A stretch of DNA of 11,890 bases, taken from assembly GCF_006345805.1 (NCBI RefSeq), contig NW_021826918.1, positions 1 to 11,890 of the forward strand, written 5' to 3'. Position numbers and translations under genes: made by a program. The notes under the pieces were generated by a model. That model saw only the letters and a list, made by a program, of their open reading frames with translations, did no database searches and was not told where the DNA came from. This DNA comes from Octopus sinensis. Taxonomy: Eukaryota. Below, piece after piece: positions 8,870-11,890 of this stretch. The number at the start of each line of letters is the position of its first letter. The stretch's first letter is position 1.

Positions 8870-9937
8870 GATTAAGAGAGATTAAGGGAGAAAGAGAAAG
8901 ATTAAAAGAGAGAGATTAAGGGAGGAAGAGAGAGAGAGATTAAGAGAGAAAGATTAAAAGAGAGAGATTAAGGGAGAAGAGAGAGAGAGAGAGATTAAGA
9001 GAGAAAGAGAAGATTAAAAGAGAGAGATTAAGAGAGAAAGATTAAAAGAGAGAGATTAAGAGAGAAAGATTAAAAGAGAGAGATTAAGGAGAAGAGAAAG
9101 ATTAAAAGAGAGAGATTAAGAGAGAAAGAGAGATTAAAAGAGAGAGATTAAGAGAGAAAGATTAAAAGAGAGAGATTAAGAGAGAAAGAGAGAGAGAGAG
9201 ATTAAGAGAGAAAGAGAAGATAAAAGAGAGAGATTAAGGGAGAAGAGAAAGATAAAAGAGAGAGATTAAGGAGAAAGAGAAAGAGAAAGAGAGAGATTAA
9301 GGGAGAAAGAGAAAGAGAAAGAGAGAGATTAAGGGAGAAAGAGAAAGATTAAAGAAGAGATTAAGAGAGAAAGAAAGATTAAAAGAGAGAGATTAACGGA
9401 GGAAGAGAGAGAGAGAGAGATTATGAGAGAAGAGAAAGATAAAAGAGAGAGATTAAGGAGAAAGAGAAAAGATTAGAGAGAGATTAAGGGAGAAAGAGAA
9501 AGATTAAAAGAGAGAGATTAGGGAGAAAGAGCAAGATTAAAAGAGAGATTAGGGAGAAGAGAAAGATTAAAAGAGAGAGATTAAGAGAGAAAGAGAAAGA
9601 TTAAAAGAGAGAGATTAAGGGAGGAAGAGAGAGAGAGAGAGATTAAGAGAGAAAGAGAAAGATTAAAAGAGAGAGATTAAGGGAGAAAGAGAAAGATTAA
9701 AAGAGAGAGATTAAGGGAGAAAGAGAAAGATTAAAAGAGAGAGATTAAGGGAGAAAGAGAAAGATTAAAAGAGAGAGATTAAGGGAGAAAGAGAAAGATT
9801 AAAAGAGAGAGATTAAGAGAGAAAGAGAAAGATTAAAAGAGAGAGATTAAGGGAGAAAGAGAAAGATTAAAAGAGAGAGATTAAGAGAGAAAGAGAAAGA
9901 TTAAAAGAGAGAGATTAAGGGAGAAAGAGAGAGAGAG
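8870..9937. repeat. Polypurine satellite built from GATTAA plus GA blocks
   Basis: 14-bp monomer GATTAAAAGAGAGA alternates with 14- or 20-bp variants, giving 28- and 34-bp periods (e.g. GATTAAAA at 9661 and 9695). The plus strand is almost C-free. Confidence 0.95.
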
Positions 9938-9987
9938 TAAAGAAATAAACCACATAAATTCTGTGACACTGTCATGTTGTTTTCTGA

Positions 9988-10131
9988 GGACAGGGGGCGC
10001 TGACGATGTCGCGCAAAAGAAACATGATTGGCCGGATGGTTTAGTTTGGTTCACTTTTGAGCCCTGTGTGGGTGTTACAGGGTGGGAGAAGGGAGGGCTA
10101 TTAACTATTTTTGTTTGACGCCCATATATGG
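9988..10131. promoter_or_regulatory. Candidate cis-regulatory cluster (CTCF-like, E2F-like, CCAAT, CArG)
   Basis: ACAGGGGGCGCTG 9990-10002; TCGCGCAAAA 10009-10018; TGATTGGCC 10025-10033; CCATATATGG 10122-10131. Motif matches only. Confidence 0.4.
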
Positions 10132-10199
10132 AAATAACCCAGCATAATATTATGTTTTACTAATTTATTTCAAACCATTTTCATTCTTTCTTTTATAAC

Positions 10200-10232
10200 T
10201 GTATATATATATATAATATATATATATATATC

Positions 10233-10289
<57 letters not shown>

Positions 10290-10308
10290 TATATTATATA
10301 TATATATT
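10200..10308. repeat. (TA)n microsatellite
   Basis: Direct. Confidence 0.95.
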
Positions 10309-10554
10309 ACATTTTTTTTGGCAGGTGGAGGTGTGGGTAGTGGGTCAGAATGCTTGGTGCGACTGTCTGTACGGGAGAGATGAAAGTTGTCAAATCAATT
10401 AATGTATTGCTTGGATAAAGAAAATAAAAAAGAATCATTAAAAAACAGTAATAAATATAATAATAATAATAACAACAATAATAATAATAATAAAAAAAAA
10501 TTAACGAACTCGTGAGTTTAGTTTAATGGCCTACCAATGTATACTATGTGTTTC

Positions 10555-10623
10555 TTTGCCCTAGGAGTCGGGGAAGAAACACTCGGCAAGAAATGGAAGC
10601 AAATTTGAAATAAAAAAAAAAAG

Positions 10624-10667
<44 letters not shown>
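10555..10667 (+). mobile_element. Short retroposon-like 3' end with A/(AAT)n tail, copy 1
   Basis: TTTGCCCTAGGAGTCGGGGAAGAAACACTCGGCAAGAAATGGAAGCAAATTTGAAATAA then (AAT)n; second copy at 10945. Confidence 0.55.
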
Positions 10668-10668
<1 letters not shown>

Positions 10669-10893
10669 GTTTTTTTTTTTCTAATTTTAGCATAAGACCA
10701 GTCATTTTGAGGGTTGGGGGTGGTGGGGGTTAATTGATTTTTGACCCCTGGGCTCAACTTGTGGCTTTCTTTTTACCGAGCCTGAAGGGGGTGAACAGCA
10801 AAGTTGGAATTTGAACTGAAAACGTAAAGATTCGGAACAACTGTCACTAAGCAATTTTGTCCGACACGCTAACAGTTCTGCCAGATCAGCACC
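10668..10893 (-). mobile_element. Diverged full-length SINE of the 6044-type family
   Basis: Minus-strand head GGTGCTGATCTGGCAGAACTGTTAGC, B box CAGTTCAAATTCC, degenerate core. Confidence 0.75.
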
Positions 10894-10944
10894 TTAATAA
10901 TAATAACAATAGCAATAATAATAATAATGATAATCATAAGTTTT

Positions 10945-11013
10945 TTTGCCCTAGGTGTCGGGAAGACATTCGGCAAGAAATGGAAACAAAATTGAAATAA
11001 TAATAATAATAAT
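10945..11013 (+). mobile_element. Short retroposon-like 3' end with (AAT)n tail, copy 2
   Basis: TTTGCCCTAGGTGTCGGGAAGACATTCGGCAAGAAATGGAAACAAAATTGAAATAATAAT. Confidence 0.55.
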
Positions 11014-11146
11014 AGTTTTTCATTTAGACACAAGGTCAGCAATTTGAGAGGGAGTGGGGAAATTAGTCGATACCACCGACCCCAGTACATGACTGGTATT
11101 TTATTTTACCAACGCTTAAGGGATAAAAGGCTAAGTTGACCTTGGA
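11014..11146 (-). mobile_element. 5'-truncated SINE of the 6044-type family
   Basis: Contains GACCCCAGTACATGACTGGTATTTTATTT...AAGGCTAAGTTGACCTTGG, the reverse complement of the core. Confidence 0.75.
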
Positions 11147-11556
11147 TTAATATGTTCAAATATAAATTTAAAAAACCCCCAGAAAACAAAGAACAACAAA
11201 ATCCCCCACTCCCCACACCATTCTAGAGAATTTAGTTATAAGAATAAAATAGAATTTTAAACAAATTTAAAATCTTTTTCCCGACCAAAGATGCTTCTTC
11301 TTTTGGTGGGGCATGGCTGGCAGTAGTAGCAGCAATAGTCATAATAATAATAGTAATAATACTTGCAATAGATGTAAATTTATGTAAAAAAAAAAACGAA
11401 TAACAAAACTAAACAAAAACAACAAACAAATTGGAAAATAAACATTATAATTGGGGAAAAAAAAAACCTAAAAAATAAATCAGCTACCCATTTTCATAAG
11501 TAGCGAAAATGAGTGGAGGAGTTTTGAAAGTGTAAACTCTGACTCTATTAGTTTGG

Positions 11557-11708
11557 TTAGCTGATAACATTGCGATGTTTTTTGCATGAGGCACAGCACT
11601 GAGTCCGGAAAGCTCTCTGGTCACACAACTGTGATGTCACGATTATGCGGCACTGCAACGTTGGCAGAACGTCTTGTACGTTTAGGCATTCGTCTGAGAC
11701 TTCATTCG
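11557..11708 (-). CDS. Terminal coding exon with a PLAC domain (ADAMTS/ADAMTS-like/papilin-type or PCSK5/6-type C-terminus)
   Basis: Acceptor tctctttccattgcag|CG (phase 1), then NEVSDECLNVQDVLPTLQCRIIVTSQLCDQRAFRTQCCASCKKHRNVIS* (TAA at 11559-11557). Spacing C-x11-C-x8-C-x8-CC-x2-C fits PLAC. Missed by the ORF track (no Met, short). Confidence 0.82.
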
Positions 11709-11728
11709 CTGCAATGGAAAGAGATAGA
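11709..11728 (-). promoter_or_regulatory. 3' splice acceptor and polypyrimidine tract of the PLAC exon
   Basis: Minus strand ...tatctctttccattgCAG|; the downstream frame is open to the stop. Confidence 0.78.
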
Positions 11729-11762
11729 TAGATAGATAGATATACAGATAGATAGACAGATA

Positions 11763-11803
<41 letters not shown>

Positions 11804-11804
11804 T

Positions 11805-11840
<36 letters not shown>

Positions 11841-11844
11841 TAGT

Positions 11845-11890
<46 letters not shown>
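11721..11890. repeat. (GATA)n/(TA)n/(GA)n compound microsatellite (intronic)
   Basis: Direct. Confidence 0.95.

Noticed and set aside
8870-9937. Telomere-like TTAAGGG repeats
   Set aside because: Part of a GA-rich 34-bp satellite, not tandem TTAGGG.
10310-10400. Plus-strand acceptor TTTTTTTTGGCAG|GTGGAG and a possible small exon
   Set aside because: Short frames (~19-25 aa), no recognisable domain, no convincing donor, and antisense to the only supported gene.
10518-11090. Poly-Ile/Leu ORFs resembling membrane proteins
   Set aside because: Derived from (AAT)n tracts and SINE remnants.

Overview
Repeat-dense animal genomic DNA. The SINE families and microsatellite load point to an octopus (inference from recognised repeats). 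About 90% is explained by microsatellites, tRNA-derived SINEs (including two head-to-tail SINE multimer arrays), decayed RTE and CR1 LINE 3' ends, hAT MITEs, Helitron-type non-autonomous elements, a TGTNACA-rich minisatellite domain and a 1-kb polypurine satellite. The only convincing host coding sequence is absent from the ORF track: a minus-strand terminal exon (11708-11557) encoding a six-cysteine PLAC domain, the C-terminus typical of ADAMTS/ADAMTS-like/papilin (or PCSK5/6-type) proteins. Most interesting signals: SINE multimers that look mobilised as multimers, modular SINE head/tail swapping, a microsatellite-built splice acceptor region, and a compact motif cluster at ~10 kb.
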